Source: Candidatus Cloacimonadales bacterium
Lineage (GTDB): Bacteria; Cloacimonadota; Cloacimonadia; Cloacimonadales; DAONDQ01
DNA length: 64,000 nt
Direction of reading: 5' to 3'
Assembly: GCA_963662275.1 (NCBI GenBank)
Contig: OY759316.1
Coordinates: 3,936,001-4,000,000 of the forward strand
Translations under genes and position numbers: made by a program
Notes under the pieces: model-generated
Databases searched by the model: none
The model's input: the letters and a program-made list of their open reading frames with translations, nothing else
Told to the model about the DNA's origin: nothing
In this document: positions 47,290 to 57,513 of the stretch, one piece after another
How positions within the stretch are numbered: position 1 is the first letter of the stretch
How the letters are laid out: every line of letters begins with the position of its first letter

Positions 47290-48401
47290 AGATATTAGTA
47301 AGTTGTTTAGCGTTTGATGAAGGTAAATCAGGAATTTCGGATTACATAGTTTCAACGGTAAAAGAGATGATCATAGAGCATGAGGTGTTCCTTCTGATCC
47401 ATCCCTCTGATGCCAGCATATTTCCTTTGAGTAGTGATAAACTCCACTTTCGCTATGTTGCAGAATGGATTAAACGCCCATTGATTTCCATGTTTTGGCA
47501 TCTCTTTATATTGCCTTTTTCTATGAATTTCAATTTCTATGATCTCTTTTTTCTACCGGCGGGCAATAGACGATTAATGGCTCATTATCCCAAAAGAACA
47601 GTTGTTACTTTTCATGATTTGTCACAATTCCATATTCCTTCAAAGTATGATGGCTTCAGAATGTTTTACATTAAAAAGATCATCCCTTATTTCCTGCGAA
47701 AGGCACCTTGTATCTATGCCATCAGTGAAAATACAAAAAAAGATCTCATCCGCTTTTATGCAATACCAGCCAATAAGATTGAAGTAAATTATAATGGCTA
47801 TAACCCTCAGAAGCTGGAGAATCCGATTAGCCTGGAAGAATTACATAATAAGTTCAACTTGCACAAAAAGTACATGCTTTACATTGCAAGAGTTGAACAC
47901 CCGGGGAAGAATCATATGGGGCTTTTAAAAGCATATGATCTACTTCCGAATGATCTGATGGCCGAATATGACCTAGTCTGCGCAGGAGGTCTGTGGAATG
48001 GCGGCGAGATTGTGATGCAGCAAGTAACTAAATTGCAGCATCCCGAAAATATACACTTTGTAGGTTTTGTGTCTAACCAGGAGATGGCTTCATTATATAA
48101 GAATGCAAGTCTATACGTTTTTCCTTCCCTGTATGAAGGGTTTGGAATTCCCGTTTTGGAGGCATTTGCGGCAGGTATTCCTGTAATATGTTCTGATCGT
48201 TCATCCCTGCCTGAGATTGGTGGGACTGCAGTCTTGACTTTTAACCCGGATAAACCTCAATCAATCGTCGAAAGTATGAAGGCAGTTTTAACTAATCCAA
48301 ACCTTCAAAACGATATGATCCAACGTGGAAAAGACAGGCTTCAGAATTTTAGTTGGTATTTGCATACACAGCGCATTATTAACAGTTTTAAACTGAATTA
48401 A
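47286..48401 (+). CDS. GT4 (GT-B) glycosyltransferase
   Basis: VTFHDL, ISENTK.D, KNH and FPSLYEGFGIPVLEAFA.G.PVI.S. Confidence 0.92.
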   Translation: MKILVSCLAFDEGKSGISDYIVSTVKEMIIEHEVFLLIHPSDASIFPLSSDKLHFRYVAEWIKRPLISMFWHLFILPFSMNFNFYDLFFLPAGNRRLMAHYPKRTVVTFHDLSQFHIPSKYDGFRMFYIKKIIPYFLRKAPCIYAISENTKKDLIRFYAIPANKIEVNYNGYNPQKLENPISLEELHNKFNLHKKYMLYIARVEHPGKNHMGLLKAYDLLPNDLMAEYDLVCAGGLWNGGEIVMQQVTKLQHPENIHFVGFVSNQEMASLYKNASLYVFPSLYEGFGIPVLEAFAAGIPVICSDRSSLPEIGGTAVLTFNPDKPQSIVESMKAVLTNPNLQNDMIQRGKDRLQNFSWYLHTQRIINSFKLN

Positions 48402-48521
48402 CTTATTTTTTTGACTCCATTCAGTTTTCGAGGAATAGAGACTTGAAGTCAATAAGTTGCGTAACGATGAGGAAAAAGCAGTACAAATCAAATATGAAGA
48501 TGAATCAGAGGAAAGAACAGT

Positions 48522-49301
48522 ATGTATAACGACAAACCGATAATCCTAATCGCTGAAGATAATGAACTAAACCTTACTTTAGTGAAGGAAATGATCTTGA
48601 AAGATATTCCCAATGCACTGATTCATATCGCACAGGATGGAATTTCTGCGATACAGGCTGTTCGTGAACTTAATCCCGATATTGTTCTGATGGATGTTCA
48701 AATGCCACATCTCGATGGTTTGAATGCTACAAGGCAAATAAGAACTTTTTCAAGCGTTCCGATTATTGCCCTTACCGCTGGAGCACTGAATGCAGAAAAA
48801 GAGGAGTGCTATGAGACAGGGATGAATGATTTCCTCACCAAGCCTGTTGTCGCAAAGGAATTACTGGATGCATTAAGTAAGCATCTTGGCATCGTAGTTT
48901 CAAATCTAAATCCGGATATTCCAACAGAAGAAATCATTCAGGTTGATTTGCATATAAACCAAAAATCATTACTCAATAATTTGAGCCAAGATAAAAAAAC
49001 CATGTTTCATTTGTTCCAAATCGCCAAGAATAGTTTCCCCAAAACAATCACATCACTGAAGCAGGCATTTGCAGATGAGAATCAAGCGGATATTAAGTCA
49101 AGCCTACACTCAATTCGTGGTTCTGCACAGAATATGTATTTTGTCAAACTAGCAGATCTAACAAGATTTCTGGAAAATAATTTTCAAAATCTCGAGCCTC
49201 TTGAAACTGAGAAATATTTATTTCATATTGCAGAAGAATGGGACACACTTGTAGAAATTATTGATCATCTGATTCTAGTTGAGAGTAATCAATCCGAATA
49301 A
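48522..49301 (+). CDS. REC + Hpt domain response regulator
   Basis: AEDN...LMDVQMP...ALTA...TKP, followed by LHSIRGSA. Confidence 0.88.
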   Translation: MYNDKPIILIAEDNELNLTLVKEMILKDIPNALIHIAQDGISAIQAVRELNPDIVLMDVQMPHLDGLNATRQIRTFSSVPIIALTAGALNAEKEECYETGMNDFLTKPVVAKELLDALSKHLGIVVSNLNPDIPTEEIIQVDLHINQKSLLNNLSQDKKTMFHLFQIAKNSFPKTITSLKQAFADENQADIKSSLHSIRGSAQNMYFVKLADLTRFLENNFQNLEPLETEKYLFHIAEEWDTLVEIIDHLILVESNQSE

Positions 49302-49399
49302 TTGAAAAGAAATCGTTTCAGCATTGTTCAATAGTAAGTATTGCTTGACATCCACATGTAGATAAATTTGAAATTAATGTTACACTAAGGGGGTAGATT

Positions 49400-50350
49400 A
49401 TGTTAAAAAAGTATCATATTCTGATGTTAGCTCTCCTGATCACCATGACTGTAGTTTCTTGCAAAAACAAAGAAAAGTCCAATGTAAGTAACCAGGCACC
49501 CACAGGTAAACCTCGCATCGCACTTGTGATGAAAACCCTTACTAACCCATTCTTTGTCACAATGGAGCAAGGAGCAAGAAGAGCAGAACAGGAGCTTGGT
49601 ATAGAATTGATTGTAAAAACAGGAGCCCAGGAAACATCAATTGAACAACAGATTGCCATCGTAGAACAGCTCATTAAAAGTAAAGTAAACGCCATCGTGA
49701 TTGCTCCAGCAGGTTCAATCGAACTGATACCTGTTCTCAAACGTGCCCAGGATAGCGGAATTGTGATAGTTAATATCGATAATAAACTAGATGACGCTGC
49801 CATGAAGAGAGAAGGATTGACCAATGTTCCCTTTATTAGCGTGGATAATTTTCAGGGAGCATATCTCTCTGCGCAATACATAGCAAATCAGGTAAACAAA
49901 CCAACTCAAGCTATTATCCTGGAGGGAATCAAGACAGCAAAAAATGCACAGGATAGAAAAAATGGGGCAATGAAAGCATTTTCGGAGAATCCGCAAATCA
50001 AAGTCGCTGCAACGAAAACAGCCAATTGGAAAATAGACGAAGCTTATGATGTGACTGCATCAATGTTCAAAGTTAATCCTAAAATCAAATTGATCTTTTG
50101 CTCCAATGATATGATGGCAATGGGAGTCATCCAGTTTCTGAAAGACAAATCCATCAAAGAAGTATTGGTTGCAGGTTTTGATAACTTAAATGAGGTAAAG
50201 CCATTAATAGCTGATGGGTCTTTGGCAGTGACTATCGACCAGCAAGCTGATGTTCAAGGTTACACAGGCATCATTCTAGCCAATAAAATGCTGCATAAAG
50301 AACATATTGAGATGATAACCATTATCCCTGTTAAAGTCATCACCAAATAA
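49400..50350 (+). CDS. Sugar-binding periplasmic-type lipoprotein (RbsB/AlsB family)
   Basis: Lipobox VSC, KTLTNPFF, VDN..GA, NDMMA.G and GFD. Confidence 0.9.
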   Translation: MLKKYHILMLALLITMTVVSCKNKEKSNVSNQAPTGKPRIALVMKTLTNPFFVTMEQGARRAEQELGIELIVKTGAQETSIEQQIAIVEQLIKSKVNAIVIAPAGSIELIPVLKRAQDSGIVIVNIDNKLDDAAMKREGLTNVPFISVDNFQGAYLSAQYIANQVNKPTQAIILEGIKTAKNAQDRKNGAMKAFSENPQIKVAATKTANWKIDEAYDVTASMFKVNPKIKLIFCSNDMMAMGVIQFLKDKSIKEVLVAGFDNLNEVKPLIADGSLAVTIDQQADVQGYTGIILANKMLHKEHIEMITIIPVKVITK

Positions 50351-52698
50351 TGAATTTATTGAATAGGATCAGGGAACGCATCAGAAATTCTCTGATCAAT
50401 AAGTTTATTCTCGTATTTTTATTCGGTGGTATGGTGCCTGTACTCATACTCAGCGGTTGGACTGCCTGGGTTTCACATCGGGCTGTGAATATGTATATTA
50501 GTGGGTCCGTGTATCAGATATTGAAGGAGAAGATCAACTTCTCGGTATTGAGACTGCAGGAGATTGAGAGTTTAATTGCAAATATCTCAGGTGTTGAAGA
50601 TATATCCACGACTCTCAACCAGGAAAGCAGCCAACAAAGTGATTATGATAAACTTCGATTACAGGCAAAAATCGGTTATATCCTCAATGGATATATCAAT
50701 ATTGAGGGTTTGGAGTCGATTGACATTATCTCGACTGGTGGAAATCGTTATCACGTGGGAGAATCTTTAGTTACTGATAATCAAAGCTATAAACCTGTTC
50801 TGGAAAGGATTCTAAAAGAAAACCATACAGCTAACAGCTCTATCGTTTGGCATGGTATTTTACCTCGACTGGACAAGAGTAATCAGTACTCACTACTAGC
50901 ATCCAAAGAATTGGTCTTGATTGACCCTGTGACTATGACAGAAAAGCCTGTTGGCATCCTGATTGTACAATTTTCAGTTAATACTTTCAATTCTGAGTTT
51001 ATCTCAAATAAACAAGATGGGTTCTCATACGTCATCCTGGATAACAAGAATAATTGTATCTTATCAACTCTTCCCAGGGAGATAGGGAAACCGTTTTTCT
51101 CACATCACAAGATTATAAAGAGCAATCCAAAAGATAATTTTGTCAGTGTTCGACTAGATAATAAGGAAGTATATCAGCTAAAATTTCTGAGTGAATTCAA
51201 TCATTGGACGTATTATGTATTTCTCAGTACAGCTTATATGAATAATATGACCTCTGAATTCACGCGTGGAATAATTTTAATCGTTGTTATTTTCCTCTCG
51301 CTCACGCTATTGATTAACTGGACATTCCTACGCTATCTATTGGTACCGGTAAAAAACATCACGAAGATTTTTGCTGAGATTTCAGAAAATCGCTATGACC
51401 TGACTAAACAACTTCCCAATCCTCACTCAGATGAAATCGGTGACCTGATCAAATGGTTCAATGCCTTCACTACCAATCTGGTGGATAAAGAGCGTTATCG
51501 GGCAGAATTGGAAGTACAAAAGGAATTAGCAGAAAAAGCCAATCATGCCAAAGATATCTTTTTAGCAAATGTCAGTCACGAACTACGTACTCCTTTAAAC
51601 GGAGTAATTTCAGTAGCTGAACTCTTGAATAGCACGAACTTGGATGTAGAGCAGCACAAATATACAAAAATGATCCTGCAATCAGGAGAAATCCTCTATT
51701 CTCTGATCAACCAAGTATTGGATTTTTCTAAAATATCTTCTGATAAAACAGTCCTTTTACCTCACGATTTCGATTTCATCGATCTGTGTGATAAACTGGC
51801 TAATCTCTATTTAGTGCAGTCGAATATAAAAAAAATCGCTTTCAACTACCAGAAACCAGAACAAAACAGTCTTTTCATCCATGCAGATGAGATGGCTTTA
51901 CAAAAAATTATGATCAACCTTTTAGGGAATAGCCTTAAGTTCACAACAGAAGGAGTAATTTCTTTTAAAGTAAACCTATCTTATCCATCTGTGGGCAAAG
52001 TCCTGATTTCAATTGCAATATCAGATACAGGTATCGGTATTCCATTAGAAAAGCAACAGGTTATCTTCAAAGCCTTTGAGCAAGTGGACAATTCACTGAC
52101 TAAAAAGCAAGGTGGAACAGGTTTAGGTTTGGCTATTGCTCAAAAGTTAGCGTTCCTGATGGATAGTAGGATTAATATTCAAAGTCCTAATCCTGACTTT
52201 ATCAATGCTGTTCATCCGGGTTCGATATTTAGCTTGATTCTAGAATTACCTTTAGCGGAATCCAATGTTAACTTGGATACGACTTATACAGATGTGATTC
52301 ATCCATTACTATCCGGCAAATATTCACATCCTTTAACAGCCTTGATTGTTGAAGACAATCTGATCAATCAGGCAGTATTAAGTGCTATCCTTGAAAAATA
52401 TAATATTACCTGTGATATAGCATCTGAATGGGAAGAGTGCCTCAGTTATCTGGCTAAAAATACATATAACTACATTTTCATGGATATCCAAATGCCCGGG
52501 ATGACCGGCTTTGATTTAACCGTCAGAATTCGTGATCTGAAGATTGTTACTCCAATCATAGCATTAACCGGTAATGCACTCAAAGAAGTGGAAGAACAGG
52601 CATATCAAAGCGGTATGAATGCCTTCATGTTCAAACCCATAAGGATCAGTGAACTGGAAAGAATCCTGCTGCAATTTTTACCAAAGGACCAAGTATAG
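50350..52698 (+). CDS. Membrane hybrid sensor kinase (Cache-like periplasmic domain, HAMP, HisKA, HATPase, REC)
   Basis: Two TM segments, DEIGDL..WFN, SHELRTPL, NSLKFT, GTGLGL and FMDIQMP. Confidence 0.9.
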   Translation: MNLLNRIRERIRNSLINKFILVFLFGGMVPVLILSGWTAWVSHRAVNMYISGSVYQILKEKINFSVLRLQEIESLIANISGVEDISTTLNQESSQQSDYDKLRLQAKIGYILNGYINIEGLESIDIISTGGNRYHVGESLVTDNQSYKPVLERILKENHTANSSIVWHGILPRLDKSNQYSLLASKELVLIDPVTMTEKPVGILIVQFSVNTFNSEFISNKQDGFSYVILDNKNNCILSTLPREIGKPFFSHHKIIKSNPKDNFVSVRLDNKEVYQLKFLSEFNHWTYYVFLSTAYMNNMTSEFTRGIILIVVIFLSLTLLINWTFLRYLLVPVKNITKIFAEISENRYDLTKQLPNPHSDEIGDLIKWFNAFTTNLVDKERYRAELEVQKELAEKANHAKDIFLANVSHELRTPLNGVISVAELLNSTNLDVEQHKYTKMILQSGEILYSLINQVLDFSKISSDKTVLLPHDFDFIDLCDKLANLYLVQSNIKKIAFNYQKPEQNSLFIHADEMALQKIMINLLGNSLKFTTEGVISFKVNLSYPSVGKVLISIAISDTGIGIPLEKQQVIFKAFEQVDNSLTKKQGGTGLGLAIAQKLAFLMDSRINIQSPNPDFINAVHPGSIFSLILELPLAESNVNLDTTYTDVIHPLLSGKYSHPLTALIVEDNLINQAVLSAILEKYNITCDIASEWEECLSYLAKNTYNYIFMDIQMPGMTGFDLTVRIRDLKIVTPIIALTGNALKEVEEQAYQSGMNAFMFKPIRISELERILLQFLPKDQV

Positions 52699-52747
52699 AT
52701 ACTTACTTGGTTGGCGGATGTCTAATCATATTTTGAAGAGGTTTATC

Positions 52748-55700
52748 GTGCAGGAAGAATTAATTAAGACTATTCTATTAGTCGATGATGATACAGTCAT
52801 AACAATTCAAGTAGCAAAGATTCTCAAGAACTTCGGTTATGATGTTATTAACGCAAAAACCGGAGAAGAAGCTATTGGAATTGGTATAAACAATACACAG
52901 ATTAGTCTTATTTTGCTTGATATAAATCTAGGTGAGGGAATAGATGGAGCGGAAGTAGCCCGTCAGATTCTTGCGAAATCAGATATTCCTATTGTCTTCC
53001 ATATATCCAATACTGAGCAGGAATATGTTGGTCGAATAAGAGGAATTCACCATTACGGGATTATTATGAAGCATTCTGGAGATTATATCCTTAGAGCTTC
53101 AATTGAAACAGCTCTCAATCTATTTGAATCAACTAAAAATTATCATACTTTTTTTAATACAGTAGACGACTTGCTCTTTGTTCTTAATGAACAGGGAAAT
53201 ATACTTCATGTTAATACTACATTTATTGATCGGCTTGGATATACTAGAGACGAAATTGTGGGAAAACCGATACTCATGATTTATCCGATTGAACTTCGGG
53301 AAAAGGCTGCCAGTTGTTTCGCTACAATGTTGAATGGTGATACTGAGGTTTGTCAGATTCCGGTGTTATCAAAAGCAGGTGATCAAATACCAGTGGAAAC
53401 TAAAATTAAAAAAGGAATATGGGATAAAAAGTCAGTTATGTTTGGTGTAATGGAGGATATGTCACGCATCCAGTTATCTGAAGAGAAATTCAATAAATTA
53501 TTCCAGATCAATCCATCTGCTTGTGGGTTAAGCGATTTATGTGATCACAAATACATTGAAGTTAATGAAGCATTTTACAAGTTGTTTGGCTTAGAAAAAG
53601 ATGAAGTTATCGGTAAGACAGTATTTGAATTAGGAATATTAGCCGTTGAACAAAAGGATAATGTACTCCAAAAAGCAGACATAAATGGCAAAATCAAAAA
53701 CGCAGAAATTACACTTCGCGCAAAAAACGGCGATATCAAGCATGTGCTTTTTTCTTCAGAGAATATCATTCTTCAAAATAAGAAATACCGTTTTACGGTA
53801 GTTGATGACATCACTGAACGGATATCAACTGAACAAGCGTTAAGGAAGAGTGAAGGTAAATATAGAGTGCTTACCGAGAGTATGCAAGATGTTGTCTGGA
53901 TTCTTGATACAACGACGATGTATTATACTTATGTCAGTCCATCTATTCAGAAACTTCGTGGGTACACACCAGAAGAAGTAATCTCAGAGCCTGTTTATGC
54001 ATCCCTTTCTCCTGAAGCTGCAGAGAGTCTTAAGAAGACTGTTAATCGTCGCAAAGCGGATTTCTTATCCGGGAAAGTACCACCTGACAGATATTATTCA
54101 GATGAAAATAAACTACTTTGCAAGGATGGTTCAACCATCTGGGCTGAAGTGTCTGCAAATTATTATCTGAATGAAGAAACCGGACATGTTGAAACACGTG
54201 GATTAACTCGGGATATAACACAGCAAAAGCTTGCAGAACAAGAAGTCAAACACCAGGCGAATCTCATTACTTTGCTCCTGGATTCAATTCCTGATATTAT
54301 CTTTTATAAGGATGTGGACGGTGTATATCTTGGTTGTAATCCTCCTTTTGCTGAATTCGTCGGCAAACCAAGAGAAGAAATTATCGGGAAAACCGATTAT
54401 GATCTTTTTGATAAGGCAAAAGCAGACTCTTTCAGAGAATATGATAAACAATTGTTGAAGGTCTGTGAATCGCGCCATAAAGAAGAGTGGACGACTTATC
54501 CTGATGGACGTACGGTGATGATTGATACACTGAAAACACCCTATTGGGGAGTCAATCATGAACTACTTGGAATACTGGGTATTAGTCGAGATATCACAGA
54601 ACAGAAGAAGGCGGAAGATACTTTACAGCAGAGCATTCAGAAATGGGAAGCCATCATCACAGCATCTCCAGATGGCATTGGAATTGTATCATTAGACGGT
54701 AAAATACAATTGATGTCTAATAGATTGGCGACAATGTATGGATATACAGTTGAAGAAATTAGGAATTATATCGGGAAAGATATCTTCATTTTTATTGATC
54801 CTTCCAATCATCAAAAGCTAGTTGATAATATACACAAACTGCTTAGCAGTGATAAAGATCAAAAAATCACAGAGTATCTGGCTGTAAAAAAAGATAATAG
54901 CAGGTTTTATGTCGATGTGAATTCAACCATTTTATATGATTCTAAAGGCAATCCGACGAGTATTTTGTTTGTGGAACGCGACATTACCACCCGAAAGCAG
55001 ACAGAGGAGGACTTGAAACAAATATCCACTCGTCTTGCGCTGGCAGCTAGTGCTGGAGGAGTGGGTGTATGGGATTACGATGTGGTCAACAATATACTTG
55101 TATGGGATGATCAAATGTTTGCTCTTTATGGAATAAAGAAAGAGCATTTCAAGGGTGTCTATGAAACATGGCTAGCTGGACTTTATCCAGAAGACAAAGA
55201 GAGAACAGATAATGAAATTAAGCGAGTATTAAGAGGGGAAATTGACTACAATACCGAATTTCGTGTCCTATGGGCTAATGGTGAAATTCATAATATCCGA
55301 GCTATGGGACTGTTAAATCGGGACAGTAATGGCAGCCCTTCACATTTAATCGGTACGAATTGGGATATCACAGCACAGAAGAACGCAGAGATGGAATTAT
55401 TGAAAACGAACCTACAGCTACAAAGTTCCATTTCTTTAGCAAATGAAATGGCTACAAGAGCAGAAACTGCTAATAAAGCTAAATCTGAATTTTTAGCAAA
55501 TATGAGCCATGAAATCCGAACACCACTTAACGGAGTTATCGGTTTTACTGACTTATTGATGAATCTATCATTAGAACCATTACAAAAACAATATGTGGAA
55601 AATGCCAATATTTCAGCTCACTCATTACTAGGTATCATAAATGATGTTTTGGATTTCTCGAAAATTGAAGCAGGGAAACTGGAACTGGATGAAGTGAAAA

Positions 55701-57421
55701 CGGACTTAATCGAATTATTAGAGCAAACATCAGACATTGTTAAATATGCAGCAGATAAGAAAGGGCTTGAATTATTACTGAATATTCCATTCAATATTCC
55801 TCGTTTTGTAACTCTAGATCCAGTGAGAACCAGACAAATTCTAATTAATCTGATCAGTAACAGCATTAAATTTACCGATAAAGGAGAAATCGAGATTGCG
55901 ATTCAGTTCGAAGAAATAGAAGTCTCTCCCGAGAAATCTGAATTCGGTAATCCAGGCAAATTTACATTTACTGTTAGAGACACTGGAATTGGCATTTCCA
56001 AAGAGAATCAAAGTAAATTATTCAAAGCATTTAGCCAGGCAGATACTACAACTACGAGGAAGTTTGGCGGCACTGGTTTGGGACTGGTTATTTCCAATCT
56101 CCTTGCTGAAAAAATGGGATCTGCCATTTTGATGGAAAGTGAATTTGGAAAGGGAAGCCAATTTAGCTTTTCAATTACTACATTGTTTGAATCTGGTATT
56201 AACTTTCTCCCCAAGAGAGAACTCGAGATCAAGAAAGCGCTCATTATTGATGACAATGCTAATAATCGGACAATTTTAAAAGATACACTTCATAATTGGG
56301 ATGTTGAAACAGAAGAATGTTCAAATGGTTGGGAAGCGTTAGAGATATTTAAAAATAATAGTGACTTCGATGTTGTTCTCATAGATTATAATATGCCTTA
56401 TCTGAATGGGCTGGAAACAATAGCAAAAATGAGAGCTATGAAGAAAGATACAATAGAAAAGATCCCTATCATCTTACTGCATAGTTCAGGCGAGGATGCT
56501 CTTATCCATGAAGGGTGCCGGGTGAATGAAGTAAGGGCTCAATTAGTAAAACCTGTTAAGTTAAGTGAATTTTACCAAGTGCTATTTCTGAGAAATCCAA
56601 TTATAAATAGAAACAGTGTAAAGAATTCATTAAGTGTGATTGAGAATGAAAACAACCAAATTCCGACAAAGAAGCAAGGACTTGTGAAAATCCTTATCGT
56701 TGATGATGTTCCTATGAATATGGCTTTAGTAAAGGCTGTTATTCGATATATCATTTCTGATGTCATTATCATCGAAGCAAATGATGGATATGAATCACTC
56801 GTCAAATTCAGAGAGACAATTCCGGATCTGGTTCTAATGGATGTGCAAATGCCTGGAATGGATGGTTATACGGCTTCCCTAAAGATTAGAGAGATAGAGA
56901 GGGAATTGAATGTTCATGTCCCTATCATCGCTTTGACTGCTGGTGCTACAATAGGTGAAAAAGAAAGATGCCTGGAAAGCGAAATGGATGATTATTTAAC
57001 CAAACCCCTTGATCCGTTTGTCCTTAAAATGCTGCTCCAAAAGTATCTGTGCACACATGATATCACAGAGGAAATTGATTTGAAAGTTCAGCCTACCAAT
57101 ACGATCCATTTTGACTGTGAACTATTGTTAAGCAAAATTGGAAAAGACGAGAGACAATTAAAATCCCTGCTGCAAACGGTATTAAAGACATATCCCGATT
57201 ATCTAAATGAACTGAGTCAAGCGATCAATGAGAGAGATGACATACAAATCAGAAAGCTGACACATAAAATAAAAGGGTCAGCTTCCAGCATGCATTTTCC
57301 GATTTTGGCTGAATTGATGCGATTAATGGAAACAACTGAGGATATGATACTTCTGCAAGACCATTTTACCAAGACGTTAGAAGAATGGAATGAATTGCGT
57401 TTGATTATTGAAATCCCATAA
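52748..57421 (+). CDS. Soluble hybrid kinase REC - 6xPAS - HisKA - HATPase - 2xREC - Hpt
   Basis: Repeated DIT PAS ends, SHEIRTPL, GGTGLGL, two REC domains and HKIKGSA. Start uncertain (52649, 52718 or 52748). Confidence 0.9.
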   Translation: MQEELIKTILLVDDDTVITIQVAKILKNFGYDVINAKTGEEAIGIGINNTQISLILLDINLGEGIDGAEVARQILAKSDIPIVFHISNTEQEYVGRIRGIHHYGIIMKHSGDYILRASIETALNLFESTKNYHTFFNTVDDLLFVLNEQGNILHVNTTFIDRLGYTRDEIVGKPILMIYPIELREKAASCFATMLNGDTEVCQIPVLSKAGDQIPVETKIKKGIWDKKSVMFGVMEDMSRIQLSEEKFNKLFQINPSACGLSDLCDHKYIEVNEAFYKLFGLEKDEVIGKTVFELGILAVEQKDNVLQKADINGKIKNAEITLRAKNGDIKHVLFSSENIILQNKKYRFTVVDDITERISTEQALRKSEGKYRVLTESMQDVVWILDTTTMYYTYVSPSIQKLRGYTPEEVISEPVYASLSPEAAESLKKTVNRRKADFLSGKVPPDRYYSDENKLLCKDGSTIWAEVSANYYLNEETGHVETRGLTRDITQQKLAEQEVKHQANLITLLLDSIPDIIFYKDVDGVYLGCNPPFAEFVGKPREEIIGKTDYDLFDKAKADSFREYDKQLLKVCESRHKEEWTTYPDGRTVMIDTLKTPYWGVNHELLGILGISRDITEQKKAEDTLQQSIQKWEAIITASPDGIGIVSLDGKIQLMSNRLATMYGYTVEEIRNYIGKDIFIFIDPSNHQKLVDNIHKLLSSDKDQKITEYLAVKKDNSRFYVDVNSTILYDSKGNPTSILFVERDITTRKQTEEDLKQISTRLALAASAGGVGVWDYDVVNNILVWDDQMFALYGIKKEHFKGVYETWLAGLYPEDKERTDNEIKRVLRGEIDYNTEFRVLWANGEIHNIRAMGLLNRDSNGSPSHLIGTNWDITAQKNAEMELLKTNLQLQSSISLANEMATRAETANKAKSEFLANMSHEIRTPLNGVIGFTDLLMNLSLEPLQKQYVENANISAHSLLGIINDVLDFSKIEAGKLELDEVKTDLIELLEQTSDIVKYAADKKGLELLLNIPFNIPRFVTLDPVRTRQILINLISNSIKFTDKGEIEIAIQFEEIEVSPEKSEFGNPGKFTFTVRDTGIGISKENQSKLFKAFSQADTTTTRKFGGTGLGLVISNLLAEKMGSAILMESEFGKGSQFSFSITTLFESGINFLPKRELEIKKALIIDDNANNRTILKDTLHNWDVETEECSNGWEALEIFKNNSDFDVVLIDYNMPYLNGLETIAKMRAMKKDTIEKIPIILLHSSGEDALIHEGCRVNEVRAQLVKPVKLSEFYQVLFLRNPIINRNSVKNSLSVIENENNQIPTKKQGLVKILIVDDVPMNMALVKAVIRYIISDVIIIEANDGYESLVKFRETIPDLVLMDVQMPGMDGYTASLKIREIERELNVHVPIIALTAGATIGEKERCLESEMDDYLTKPLDPFVLKMLLQKYLCTHDITEEIDLKVQPTNTIHFDCELLLSKIGKDERQLKSLLQTVLKTYPDYLNELSQAINERDDIQIRKLTHKIKGSASSMHFPILAELMRLMETTEDMILLQDHFTKTLEEWNELRLIIEIP

Positions 57422-57513
57422 ATATTGACGATGTATCCCCATCATCATTTCTTTATTTTGAGCCAAACTCATGGTTTTGACTTGGCTGATGAGAGCAAAT
57501 TTAGGAATTATTG

